DNA from: a virus
Length of the DNA: 64,000 nt
Virus record (IMG/VR): IMGVR_UViG_3300025138_000026
Location: 1 to 64,000 of that record
Strand: one strand, 5' to 3'
The translations under genes and the position numbers were made by a program. Below are positions 47,333-58,200 of this stretch, one piece after another. The first letter of the stretch is position 1, and the number at the start of each line of letters is the position of its first letter. The notes under the pieces were generated by a model. The model saw only the letters and a program-made list of their open reading frames with translations. It searched no databases and was not told where the DNA came from.

Positions 47333-49822
47333 ACCTAGAGTGTTCCTCTGTCTCGCATTAAAGGAGCTTGGAAGCATTGATTTCGGAGTCAGCGCCTCCA
47401 TTCCTTCTGTAATCTGGAAACCTTGATCTGGTGGAATTAGCTTTATCGTAGACTCACTCACTGTAGTTGTAATACCATCTGGACCGATAGAGATAGAAAC
47501 AGAATTCATTGTTGGAGAAAACTCTGGGATCTGAAGGCCATAGAAAGTCCTACTAGAAGATTCAGGCTTATCAAAGCGATTACGGTATTTACCTCTAATT
47601 TTTTGGAGAACCTTCATTTCTGCAGTTGAACCAGAAGCAGATGATAGACTGAGCTTGTTTAACATATTATGAGGTGGGCTTTCAATTGAATTATATTTCA
47701 AATCATAACGATCAAAAAGTTCAGCGATCTTCTGATCGTCTTCTGAAGCTTCTGCCAATTCATCGTCTTCAGCTTCTTCTCCATCTTCGCTTGTTTTATT
47801 GACCCGTGTCTTACTTCGTTTATAGGTTAATCGTAAAGTCGTTTTTTTCTTTATGGCTCTATAATAATTGTCAATTGATTGATTCATCAAATGTTTCATT
47901 CCCTCAACAAGAGTTTTATCGATAAGGTTGTTGGGGAAAGTTGGTCCACCTACAAGTAATCCTTCTGTGTGATTAGGATCTTCATAAATTTCATAATATT
48001 CCTGCAAAGGAGAAAAATCTACCTTCGCATCTTTTTGAACTATTTTCTGATTGTTCGTGGATTTAACTCTTTCTAACTTAGGTATAGACCTAATAGCTAT
48101 GAAATGATGCTCATGAGTGCTTTTTGCTGGGACTCCTCCAATACGATTTTCTGCTTGAGTCAAATTAGCTAGACCTTTGACTGTCACATCTTGGTCTATG
48201 CCCAAAGAGTCAAAAAAGTCTGTTATGGGGGATAATTCCGAAATTTCGTTTATTTTATCAGAGGCTTTTAAAGGACCAACAACATTGACATTGTTACTAT
48301 TTGAGAACTCCATTCTCTCTACCTTATATTCTGAATAGCCATTTGAAATGTAAATACCTCCAGCTATTTGATAAAATAATTTCAGAAAGCTATATAATTG
48401 ACTTCCATGGGGTCTAGGCATTTTTTTAAGATCGGTTCCTTCAAAGTGTTGGAATCTCACATACTTAAATTTGTTTGTGATCCTATTCATATTAAGAAGA
48501 GATGTTTTCTTCGCTTCTTTTTTCGCTTCTGCATCGTTAATAGCGAATACTGCTCTGTATTTTTCATCAGCATCTCCCCCATGCTCTTCTAGGAAAGGAA
48601 TTAGTGGTAGAGCAGTTCCTTCTGGATTTAAAACAGGTTCATAATCATATAGTTTACTTAAATCAAACGGATGATCATTTAATTTTTCTTTACCAAAAAC
48701 TTCATTTTTCAAAGCTTTATTTTTAGCTATTGCAGTTGCGAAATAGGTAAATTTATCAAAAACATCAACACTTTCCTCCTGATCAAACAAACTGAAAAAA
48801 GCAGCCAAAACAGTTCTAGATGCTTTTTTATGTATCCCTAGAGTCTCAAATCGACATCTTTTAAAGAAAATCGGTCTAGGTCTATCGTCATCTTTAGGAT
48901 TGTTTGAATCTTTTTCTGTAGATCCATTATAAACGTTAACTATTTTATTAGAAACGATACTCTCAGTGAAAGATGCACTTACAATATCGGAATTGGTTGT
49001 ATCTGTATAATTATCAATTGGTATTTGACTAGCTATTTCACTGTTAATTAAGTTAATACTTCCATTTCTAGGGTCTACATACCAATAATAACCCAAATAA
49101 CTTGCTATACTACTAACAACACTACTTAGAGTGCCACTGGTCTCAAATAAAGTATTATTGCTTGAGGGTAATCCATTTATAGATATGCCAACACTATTTA
49201 AAGCTGATCTAAAATCAGAAAGGGTATAACCAAATTTCAAATCGTATTGAGATAAATCTGGAGCAGCCTTATAAGTGCCATTTACAAACTCAGTGTTTAA
49301 ACTAAGATCTTCTTTTAATTTCTTATTGTGATAGACAAGGCTAATCTTAACTCCTTGAAAGTTGGCTGCAGACTCTACATTATAAACTTTTCCCATGTAG
49401 ATAACAGACCCTTCAACTCTTGGTCCCTGAGATCTAAAAGATGTTAGGGGAGTATTTGCAACCTCTGTAAAATATGGAACTGGACCTTCAAAATCACTAC
49501 CTCCATTTGGACCAGAATTGATACCCCGAACTAAAACCACATAAGATTCTAAAAGTAAGGACGTTCTATCCACATACCTTCTGGTGATCGCTTTTTTTGT
49601 AGGGCCAGCCGAAGTAGTTTTCTGAGTGCAGATAAAATTACCAAGCATCTCAGTAATTTTAGGATTAGAAAAGTTATTGATCTCACCTAGCCCACCGACG
49701 ACAATGCCCAAATCTTCCCCAGTCTCTACAGATTTGGGGTTCAAGAAAGAAGTTACAGACGCTGTGTGACCTCCTCCAGCGTTTGTAAAATTCAAATCTA
49801 CTTTTGTTATGCCTTCTCTCAT
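47327..49822 (-). CDS. Tail tip / baseplate hub-like structural protein
   Basis: 831 aa, last gene of the post-tape-measure operon; IASYLGYYWYVD and SISIGPDGITTT hub-like segments. Confidence 0.6.
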   Translation of the reverse strand: MREGITKVDLNFTNAGGGHTASVTSFLNPKSVETGEDLGIVVGGLGEINNFSNPKITEMLGNFICTQKTTSAGPTKKAITRRYVDRTSLLLESYVVLVRGINSGPNGGSDFEGPVPYFTEVANTPLTSFRSQGPRVEGSVIYMGKVYNVESAANFQGVKISLVYHNKKLKEDLSLNTEFVNGTYKAAPDLSQYDLKFGYTLSDFRSALNSVGISINGLPSSNNTLFETSGTLSSVVSSIASYLGYYWYVDPRNGSINLINSEIASQIPIDNYTDTTNSDIVSASFTESIVSNKIVNVYNGSTEKDSNNPKDDDRPRPIFFKRCRFETLGIHKKASRTVLAAFFSLFDQEESVDVFDKFTYFATAIAKNKALKNEVFGKEKLNDHPFDLSKLYDYEPVLNPEGTALPLIPFLEEHGGDADEKYRAVFAINDAEAKKEAKKTSLLNMNRITNKFKYVRFQHFEGTDLKKMPRPHGSQLYSFLKLFYQIAGGIYISNGYSEYKVERMEFSNSNNVNVVGPLKASDKINEISELSPITDFFDSLGIDQDVTVKGLANLTQAENRIGGVPAKSTHEHHFIAIRSIPKLERVKSTNNQKIVQKDAKVDFSPLQEYYEIYEDPNHTEGLLVGGPTFPNNLIDKTLVEGMKHLMNQSIDNYYRAIKKKTTLRLTYKRSKTRVNKTSEDGEEAEDDELAEASEDDQKIAELFDRYDLKYNSIESPPHNMLNKLSLSSASGSTAEMKVLQKIRGKYRNRFDKPESSSRTFYGLQIPEFSPTMNSVSISIGPDGITTTVSESTIKLIPPDQGFQITEGMEALTPKSMLPSSFNARQRNTLGL

Positions 49823-50679
49823 AAAATAATATCTTCTACTAATGTTTTTACAGTGAACTCATTCCCCTCGATAGATCCACTAATCAAAGCATTAACTCCT
49901 GACTTTATTATACTTACACCTGTATAAAGCTCTAGATAGTTAGATTGAAGCTCTGAGACTCCATTAATATAATAATTTGTTCTTTTCTCTATAAATCCAG
50001 AACCAAAAACATCAGGATTTACCCCTGTTACAGAGTCTGACCTAAATCTCTTCTTGTAAGCAGAGTATTTAAATTTATTTTTATTATTTGTTGTGACTAC
50101 ACCTCCGACATTTTGGGCTTCTGATCCAGCTCCTCCAAAAAGAGGTATGAAATTAGACTCTGTCCCAACAGAAACTCCAACGCCAACACCAGAATAAACC
50201 TTTTGACCATTTAAAAAATAATCACAATCTGAGAAACTAACCGACCCCACAGAATTTACGATGGAAGCTTTTAAAGTTTCCCCTAAATCACCTGTCGCAG
50301 CAATTATCCCAGAGCCAGAAACTAGATTATAAGAAATATCATCCGAAGCATTTGCTGGAGTGGTCTGATCAAAAAATATCCTACTCTTATCAATCGGATC
50401 ACTCTCCTCATCTTTAATAAAGAAATCTCCAGTATTTATTTGGTAAGATATTTCATTAATCGCTAACCCAGTTATCGGAATCTCCTGAGTTAAAGTTTGC
50501 CCATTTAAAGATAATTGAAATCTCCGATCCTCAAGAGATACTCTTCGGTCATAATAAACGATGTCTTGAGACCCCGCTACATCTTTATTTAATAAAAGAA
50601 AATTATCTGTATGCAAATCCAAGGAAGAGCATCCAGAAATCGTAGCGTCACCAGTAAATATAACAGAGTCGTAAATCAT
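49819..50679 (-). CDS. TG/SG-rich tail structural protein
   Basis: Position in the tail operon; repeated (Y/F)LNG(Q/V) units. Confidence 0.65.
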   Translation of the reverse strand: MIYDSVIFTGDATISGCSSLDLHTDNFLLLNKDVAGSQDIVYYDRRVSLEDRRFQLSLNGQTLTQEIPITGLAINEISYQINTGDFFIKDEESDPIDKSRIFFDQTTPANASDDISYNLVSGSGIIAATGDLGETLKASIVNSVGSVSFSDCDYFLNGQKVYSGVGVGVSVGTESNFIPLFGGAGSEAQNVGGVVTTNNKNKFKYSAYKKRFRSDSVTGVNPDVFGSGFIEKRTNYYINGVSELQSNYLELYTGVSIIKSGVNALISGSIEGNEFTVKTLVEDIIL

Positions 50680-52064
50680 ATCCTATCTCCTAAATAATAA
50701 ATGTAATCTTTCTTCAAGTATTCTCCACTTACGTCCATTCTAATTCCTGAATCATTAGACTTGGGGGTATCTATTACAGTCTCATACATAGGCTCTTGAA
50801 TAACTCCACTTATTTTATCCAAAAACCCTGTTTGTATTCTAGACCCAAATAACTGAACAGAAACAGTAGCGGCTCCAGATATACCCCTTTGTTCTATATA
50901 CTCTGCTACTGCTCCCTCGACATCTTGTAATCCCAAGGTATCAAATGCAGAAGTGTCTCCAGTCGGCAAGTATTGATAACCAGAATCTGGATGTAGAAAC
51001 CCGACCTCTTCTTTTACAAACCCAGTTACTTGGTTTACATCAAAAGATCTATAAATAAAATATCTATCACCCTCTCCCGTGTTAGTATTTGAATCAAAAG
51101 AGAAGTTTCCTGTAAGCATCCCTCTTCCCGTAGACAGGTTAAGACTTCCAGTATTCTCATAGTCGTACCCAGTTATACCCGTTTCATAAACTGTGGTTTG
51201 ATGATATCCTGTAATTCTAGTCTCCGTTGTAGCTGATTCAGAAGAGGTGAAGTAATTTCCTATCATTCCACTACCCAGACCAAATATAGTATTAGGAGAA
51301 ATATAACCCGACAGTAAAGCGAAGGAATTTAGGCTTACATTAGAAGTCTTAAATTCTCCGTTTGTCCCTCTAAAATATTGATTAGAACCCCCGATGTAAA
51401 AATCTTCATTATTAGCGATAAAAGATGTGTCAACATTGAAATCATCCTTATCAATTTGTTGATTGAAGAAATCATATTTGCACATGGTGACTTGATTAAA
51501 TCCAAGGGAAAAACTAATTATGTTTCTTTTAGATAATTCTAAATCACTAGAAGTATATATGAAATCCCCGTCTTTGCCAAACCCTTGGTAAAAAAGCTTC
51601 CCCCTATCTGTTATGCCGAAATTAAATCCTTTTGCTCCTGTTATAACTTGATCATTGATAGTTGTTGAACTCTTCTCAAGAGAACCAAATAATACGCAAT
51701 CATTCACTTCTCCATTAAATTCAAAGTCCATGATAACAGAGCAGTTAGAATAAGGCAGTGTCTCAGTACCTGTAATTTGCAAGTTTGATTCAGACAAGTC
51801 GGCTTTATCATTAATTAAAAATGTTCCTGTAGTTAGCTGTTTAGCCCCTGCATTTGTGGTAGAACCTAACCCAACTACAATTCCGCTATATATTCCTGTA
51901 TCATTTGCTGGCTCGCAATTTTCTATAACAGAATATTTGGTTCCTGCTCTATTATCAATTCCAATATGCCTACCACTAAGCCCAGAAAAATCATAAAAGA
52001 CAAGTAAGTCATTATTATTTCCTAATGATTCTGTTAAAGAGTAATTTAAACCTTTTTCGCTCAT
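50676..52064 (-). CDS. TG/SG-rich tail protein with LamG/concanavalin-like N-terminal domain
   Basis: LLVFYDF, FYIGG, beta-sandwich-like pattern. Confidence 0.6.
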   Translation of the reverse strand: MSEKGLNYSLTESLGNNNDLLVFYDFSGLSGRHIGIDNRAGTKYSVIENCEPANDTGIYSGIVVGLGSTTNAGAKQLTTGTFLINDKADLSESNLQITGTETLPYSNCSVIMDFEFNGEVNDCVLFGSLEKSSTTINDQVITGAKGFNFGITDRGKLFYQGFGKDGDFIYTSSDLELSKRNIISFSLGFNQVTMCKYDFFNQQIDKDDFNVDTSFIANNEDFYIGGSNQYFRGTNGEFKTSNVSLNSFALLSGYISPNTIFGLGSGMIGNYFTSSESATTETRITGYHQTTVYETGITGYDYENTGSLNLSTGRGMLTGNFSFDSNTNTGEGDRYFIYRSFDVNQVTGFVKEEVGFLHPDSGYQYLPTGDTSAFDTLGLQDVEGAVAEYIEQRGISGAATVSVQLFGSRIQTGFLDKISGVIQEPMYETVIDTPKSNDSGIRMDVSGEYLKKDYIYYLGDRI

Positions 52065-52065
52065 A

Positions 52066-53670
52066 TTAATAGTATCTACTTACATTATAAGAAATAGAAT
52101 TGTCATTTAAACTACTTGACTCAGAAAATATATATACTCCTGTCATATATCCACTCACAACATCCTTTAGTTCTTGCAACTGTCCTGTGGAGGCTTCACA
52201 AACAGCAGACGCAGAAAACTCTCCTGCACTACGGTTATTTATTTTTTGTTTTGCAAACCCCCCTAAACTTGGAACTATTCCACTTCGCTCCAATGGTTGT
52301 TTATCAGTTAAAGTAACTTTTAAACCCGTCAGGGTTCCATTAGAAAGATCTGGCCTATTATCAAATTCTAATGAGTAATTAATTATACTATCAGATGGAT
52401 TTTTAGAAATGGACCTACTAAGCGGCTCAGGGTTAATATAGTCTCCACTTATATAGTATCCAGTTGCATACCCTGTAAAGTCTTGCAAAGCCTCAATAGC
52501 TAAATTTAAAAACCCAGACCCAGTAGCTATCCCACTATATTGCTCATCTATTTCAATAAACCTTTGCCCAGTAGCTGGGTCTCCAGTAGGGATAACTTCA
52601 AAAGGAGAATTATATTTAAATTCTCCCTGAATTGAAACTTTAACTTTTGAATCATCTTTGCTAGCATTCACAGAAGAATTTCTCTTATGTGAAACATTTC
52701 CGACTTGGTCTGTATTTTCAGGGTCAGAGAATACATAGGAAAAGTTAATAACATTAGTTCCTGTATCTATATCATAAGATACTGTTTTCGGACCTCTATC
52801 CATAAAGGTATAGATTCCGCTTTCATAATCAGATAGGGAAGATGCGATGGCGTTAACTGCAATTTCTTGAGCTTGAGATGCTGTAAATAGTCCTGTAGTC
52901 ACAAGACCCTCCGAGTTTCTAATGGAGTCAAAGTCCCCTTGAATACTAGCGTTAACGTTCACGCTTAAACCAGCTTCTTTCTCGTAAGATATAGAACAGT
53001 TTGATGAAAAAACTCCAGATAAGCCAGTCTTCATATACTCGCTTGAGTTATAACGATAAGTTTCTTGCAGCCCGTAGATATTCTGGCTCTTGTCTATATT
53101 CTCTGTCCTAGACATCAAATAGCCTGTCGCTCCAGTCAAAAATAGACTTAAATCACGATAACCTGTTGTTCTACCAGTGACGAAGTGTCTAGCATTTACC
53201 AATGGAGAGGTCGCATCAACTTTTAACCCTTGTGCCGAAACATTGTGGCTAGCCTCTACCACACGACCATCTTGTTCATTAAAAGACCAAGTATCGGTAG
53301 GATTATTTATTCCAAAAAATTCAGAAAAGTCTTCCGATTTATAACAGCTAAAAGATACAGAATAAGGCAAGACAGTACTCAAATCAGAATCGGAAAAAGA
53401 AATTGTCTCAGGCTTTGCTTGTGTAAAAGTCTTATTACCTGCGTCATGAGAAACAGTAAGAGTTTCAAATGTTGACATTAAACCACTAACCATTTGCATC
53501 TTCTGCAAGTGTAAACCACTTAAATTTTCTCCAGTTAAGTTGCCTACGAGTTCAACCGTATTTCTAAAGTGGTCAGCCTTGCCTCCAAGGTAAACAGGCT
53601 CAACCCCTTGTCCAACGAAAGGGAAAGGAGTTGGGAAAGTATAAGTTCCATATGTAATTTGTTCAGACAT
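52066..53670 (-). CDS. TG-rich tail/baseplate structural protein
   Basis: Position in the tail operon; beta-rich. Confidence 0.65.
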   Translation of the reverse strand: MSEQITYGTYTFPTPFPFVGQGVEPVYLGGKADHFRNTVELVGNLTGENLSGLHLQKMQMVSGLMSTFETLTVSHDAGNKTFTQAKPETISFSDSDLSTVLPYSVSFSCYKSEDFSEFFGINNPTDTWSFNEQDGRVVEASHNVSAQGLKVDATSPLVNARHFVTGRTTGYRDLSLFLTGATGYLMSRTENIDKSQNIYGLQETYRYNSSEYMKTGLSGVFSSNCSISYEKEAGLSVNVNASIQGDFDSIRNSEGLVTTGLFTASQAQEIAVNAIASSLSDYESGIYTFMDRGPKTVSYDIDTGTNVINFSYVFSDPENTDQVGNVSHKRNSSVNASKDDSKVKVSIQGEFKYNSPFEVIPTGDPATGQRFIEIDEQYSGIATGSGFLNLAIEALQDFTGYATGYYISGDYINPEPLSRSISKNPSDSIINYSLEFDNRPDLSNGTLTGLKVTLTDKQPLERSGIVPSLGGFAKQKINNRSAGEFSASAVCEASTGQLQELKDVVSGYMTGVYIFSESSSLNDNSISYNVSRYY

Positions 53671-55217
53671 TACTCTTCAATAAATAAATAAGTTAAGTTT
53701 CTAGTAGCTTTCCCGTCCCCTAGGTTTAGACTTGTTGTATCCGAGGTAATATGAATAACATCCTCATCAACCAATTCATTTAATTCCGCAGTTTTTGATT
53801 GCAAAATTTCTTTGGCTTTGAGTATTCCTGCACTTTGACTAACTGTAGCTTCAGCTGACACGCTCGCTTGTCCGACAGTTTTTAGATTACTCTGTACAAT
53901 CTGATCTGTTAAATCTTCTAAATTTAAAAATTTCTCCAATCTATTAATTTGATTTGTTTTATTTAAAGTCTTTTTAAATTTAAGTAATCCATCGTCAGAT
54001 GATTGATATGCATCATCACTAGTGAATACTACACTCTCAGTAATCTTTCCCTCGGTTTTTAAGAAGTTTGTTGACCTACTCTTTTCAAAAAATTGAAATG
54101 TAGGATGAAATAATCTACGAATTTTTAATGAATATAGAGGCTGCTCGTTTCCCCAAGAAGCCCTAGTATTTTTAAATTTATCTATATTGTTCTTTCCATC
54201 CGATACGTATTCTATAGATAATGAATAACTTATAAATCTTCCATCTTTACTCTCAGTTCCAGAATATGATATCACATTCTCTTGAGATTTTTTGGGATCT
54301 GTTGAAAAAGAAAGGGAGATAGTTGCTTTATTTCCGTCTGTAGAGACTGCTTTAGATATAGAGTGTGGGTTGCCAAATTCAACTTGTTCTTCAGCCTTCT
54401 TCGCGTCAATAATATTTGCTATAGCTGCATTGATAACATTTTCAGAATCTAATCTAAGAGAAGTAAGATCTATATTTATAGTTTTGTTTAAGTAACCTCT
54501 TTCATCAATACTCAAGTTTTGAGTCTCTTTTTTACTGACCTTATTTGCATCATCAACTATTGAAGAATTCACATTCTCCTCTAAAGAAACGCTTAGCCCA
54601 ATAAGATCATAAGTCTCACTTATCAAGCCCCGAAAATTATTGCTAATTTTAGCGTTTTCAGATATTCCATCTTCTTGATAACCAAAGTCAGGTCTATTCC
54701 CGAAATAATAATTAGTTAAAAAGGTCTTGGCATTATTGAGAAATTGATCTCCCGCATCTTGAATATATGTTAAGGATATCTTTCTACTTGAGCTGTAATC
54801 AGAGCCATTTCTAGAGAAATCATAAGACTCAGAAAAACTAGATATTGCATGAGGGTTTGGAATGTATTTTGCAAACTCAGAAGAAGAATAATCATCTAAT
54901 CTTCTATACTCTTCTATTGTAACAGATACAACTTCAGATCCTACTAGAGTCCCAGCATCAAAACTATATGAAGTTATTTGACCATTTATATAATCATCAG
55001 CTCCGATTCTTGCTGTAATGTTTGGCCTGTTGTAGGCGCTTTCAATAGCGTCCCTGCCTTTAACTAAAGTAGTGTCTTCTTGTTCAATATTAATATCAGA
55101 AACGTCAATCTGATAAGATCCAACAACCTTATAGCCAAATAGCTCCTCAGTGTTCAGATAAGAATATTCTATCTGAACCGAAGAAGTTAAAACATTTGTT
55201 ACTATTAAGCTAGCCAT
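53670..55217 (-). CDS. Tail/baseplate structural protein (distal-tail-like position)
   Basis: Directly downstream of the tape measure; beta-rich. Confidence 0.65.
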   Translation of the reverse strand: MASLIVTNVLTSSVQIEYSYLNTEELFGYKVVGSYQIDVSDINIEQEDTTLVKGRDAIESAYNRPNITARIGADDYINGQITSYSFDAGTLVGSEVVSVTIEEYRRLDDYSSSEFAKYIPNPHAISSFSESYDFSRNGSDYSSSRKISLTYIQDAGDQFLNNAKTFLTNYYFGNRPDFGYQEDGISENAKISNNFRGLISETYDLIGLSVSLEENVNSSIVDDANKVSKKETQNLSIDERGYLNKTINIDLTSLRLDSENVINAAIANIIDAKKAEEQVEFGNPHSISKAVSTDGNKATISLSFSTDPKKSQENVISYSGTESKDGRFISYSLSIEYVSDGKNNIDKFKNTRASWGNEQPLYSLKIRRLFHPTFQFFEKSRSTNFLKTEGKITESVVFTSDDAYQSSDDGLLKFKKTLNKTNQINRLEKFLNLEDLTDQIVQSNLKTVGQASVSAEATVSQSAGILKAKEILQSKTAELNELVDEDVIHITSDTTSLNLGDGKATRNLTYLFIEE

Positions 55218-55234
55218 TTTAAATTTTATTATCT

Positions 55235-58200
55235 TTACTCAAGATCTGTTTCTGTAGTAAGCTTCCCAACTTTCAACTTTAAGGAGGCTAACTCTTTAGT
55301 TAATGTAGTTATTAAGGCTTTCTGAGTTGATACAAATTCAGCGTTTGTCTCAATTAAACCACTTGTGTCAACAACTGTTTGAGTTATCTTGGCTGAAAAT
55401 TTATTTAAATTAGCTACATTTGCAGCTGCATTGTTCATTTCATCCAACAAGCTATTTATATTCTTAGCTAACCCAGCAGTATCTGCGTCCGTTTCTAATC
55501 TTTTGTAATTTTCTTTTGTTATCTCAAGTTGTCTTCTTAAATCTTCTTGAGTTTTAGTCAATTCATCTATCGCTTTTTTCTCTGACATCCCTTCTCCAGC
55601 AAGGAGATCGTCAACAACACTCTCCCCTTTGTAACCTCCTTTTCTAGCTGCTCTTTCTAGCGCCTCTCTAGACTCTTTATCCCCGAAATAAACTCTAGCT
55701 CTGGATTTAGCTCCCATAGCCCCCTCTCCAGAAAATATTTTAGAAAGTTCAGGCGCTAGTTTCTTAATTAGTTCAGAGAAGTTTTGAGTCAACCCTGCAT
55801 TCTCTCCACCCTGCTGAACAGCGGCTTGCATTTGAGCTAATTTACGGACCTCTTCTCTTGTCATTTCAAAAGTCCCTCCTCTTCTTTCTACAGCAGACTT
55901 CCTAGCTTGGATATCTTTTGTAAAAGCTCTTAGATTGGTCATAGAGTCCATTAAGAAATTCAATGATCCCCCCCCTTTATTTCCCGCTACGGCTTTTTGA
56001 ATAAAGTTTTCTGAAGCTTGAACTTCTTTTTCTTTTAGTTTTGATTTTTGCTTCTCTATATCTAATATACCTTTTTCAAGAGCTACCATTTTATTCTTAA
56101 ATGAAATAGCCGACTTATTCACAATTGAATCAAAGTTTTCTCCAGCTGAAGTTACAGCATCCTGAAGCCCCTTTAAATCTTCTTCCGAAATTCCAGATCC
56201 AAACTTATTGGCTTCATCAAATTGTTTTTGAGCTATTGCTTTTTCATTTCTGGCTGCATTAATATCCCTAAACATTAAGTTTTGTTCAGAGGCTAATCCT
56301 ACAGCGCCAGCGAAGGGACCAGAGACAGATTCAGATAACTGGGTTCTTAGTGTACCCTGAGTTTGCTCTGATTTAATTCTATCACCCACAAGAGCGCCCA
56401 TAGCTAGAGCTTCTCTAGCCTTAGCTAACTTAAAACTTGCGACTCCTATAGCATCATTTGCCTTAATTATGTTTTCTTGATTTTTTAGTTCTGCCTTTTC
56501 GGTTAAGAATCTAGTACCCGCTAGCCTCATCGCAGCTTGATTTAAATTATGTTGAACTATTTCTCTCTCTTTATCCGAAATCTCTTCTCCCCTTTTGCCC
56601 CGCTCAAGGATTTCTGTTTTGGCTGCTAAAGCTGCTGAATAAGCGTTTTCAAGACCTACAGAGGCTGCAAAACCATCTGACTGTTTAACAAATTCTAAAT
56701 TCTTTTTTACTTCTTCATTAAATGTAGATACGTCAAAATCTAAAACTCCAGATTCTCTAGCCTCTCTAGAGGAAGCCTGTTTCCTAAGCTTTACTTCTTG
56801 GTCTGCTCCTTCAGAGTCTCCTAATTTGCCGCCTAAGTATCCTCCTATTGCTCCCCCTATAATAGTCCCAACAACAGGTACTACAGAACCAATCAGTCCA
56901 CCTATCAAAGCTCCACCCGTAGAGCCAGCGGCACTTTTATATCTCTCGTCTTTTTGAGACTGTTCTAAATCTTTATCAAAGAAAGCTGAACCAGCTTGAA
57001 ATGCTCCCACCCCAATTGCTCCGACAGTTCCGAGTCTTTTAGCCGCCACACCCGCTTGAGAACCCTTCATTGCAGCTTGTGGGCCAAGTCCCATTTTTCT
57101 AAACTTGCCATAATCTCTCATTTGAGACATCTGACCCTTTCCTCCTCTTCCTAGATTGCCCAGAAAACCTGTTGAAGCAGCACCTCCTAAACCAGCTCCT
57201 CCTCCCAAAAGGAATTTCCCAGCTGCACCAGCCCCCCCTCCAGTAACGAGATTTAGGGTACTTAAAGTTATTAGTGCGTTAGCTGCTATTGAAGCACCCT
57301 CTGCTAGACTCTGCATTGCTGATTTTGCTCCTACTCTAGCCTTGCCTTCTTCTTTAATAGCTTTGATGCCAGATTTTATGTCTGCATAACTTTTTTTACT
57401 TTGTTTTAAAGATTCTATTTCCTCTGAAGTACTAGCATCTACAGCGTTTTTATTTTGTTCGTAACTTGATGTTACGCCTCCCAAGATACCTTGTAGTGAG
57501 AAAAGACCAATCATTAATGCACCAGTCGGACCAGTTTCGCCGCCTCCACCAGTATCCCCTTTAGCCCCTTTAGCCCCTTTAGTCCCTTTAGCAAACTTAG
57601 GCATATAGCCTCCAGCAAAACTTTTCTTAGAAAACTTGGGCCTCTTAACCGTAGTATATCTCCCTTGGTTAGCTAATTTTTTAGCAAAACTAGAATAACT
57701 ATTCTTTCCAGCATTCTCCTTATAATCATACAGGTTTGTCGCTTGGTTTTTAACTCCAAACATGGTGTTAACATCTTTGCGTTTCTCTCCACTAACCCCC
57801 TTAATATCAAAATCTCCCCCATCGACCTTTCGGGCTGGACTAATTCCTAATCCAACATTAACAGCAGCTTCAAATGCCGCGCCAACAACTCCTCTGAGTG
57901 CTCCTTTACCACCACCCTGTCTTTGTAGCATTTTGCTAATTTGAGATGGTTTAGGCTTACCTAGAATAGGATTTAACGATCCAGCATAGTTTGCTGCACT
58001 TGTAGTAACCCCTCTTGTTATATTCTTCCTCAGTCTTTCGTCTTGAGGGTTGGCTGCTCCATCAACAGTTTCTGGAACCTTGGGTCCATAAACACCCAAT
58101 CCCGCCCCGTATTCAAACCCCATGTTCTTACCCTTGAATTTAAATCTACCTCTAGTCCCCTTATTTATTCTAGAGGTTTTACCTATATTCGGAACAAGCA

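Noticed and set aside
57550-57592. Collagen-like domain in the tape measure
   Set aside because: Only about five G-X-Y triplets (9-bp tandem repeat); too short, treated as a linker.
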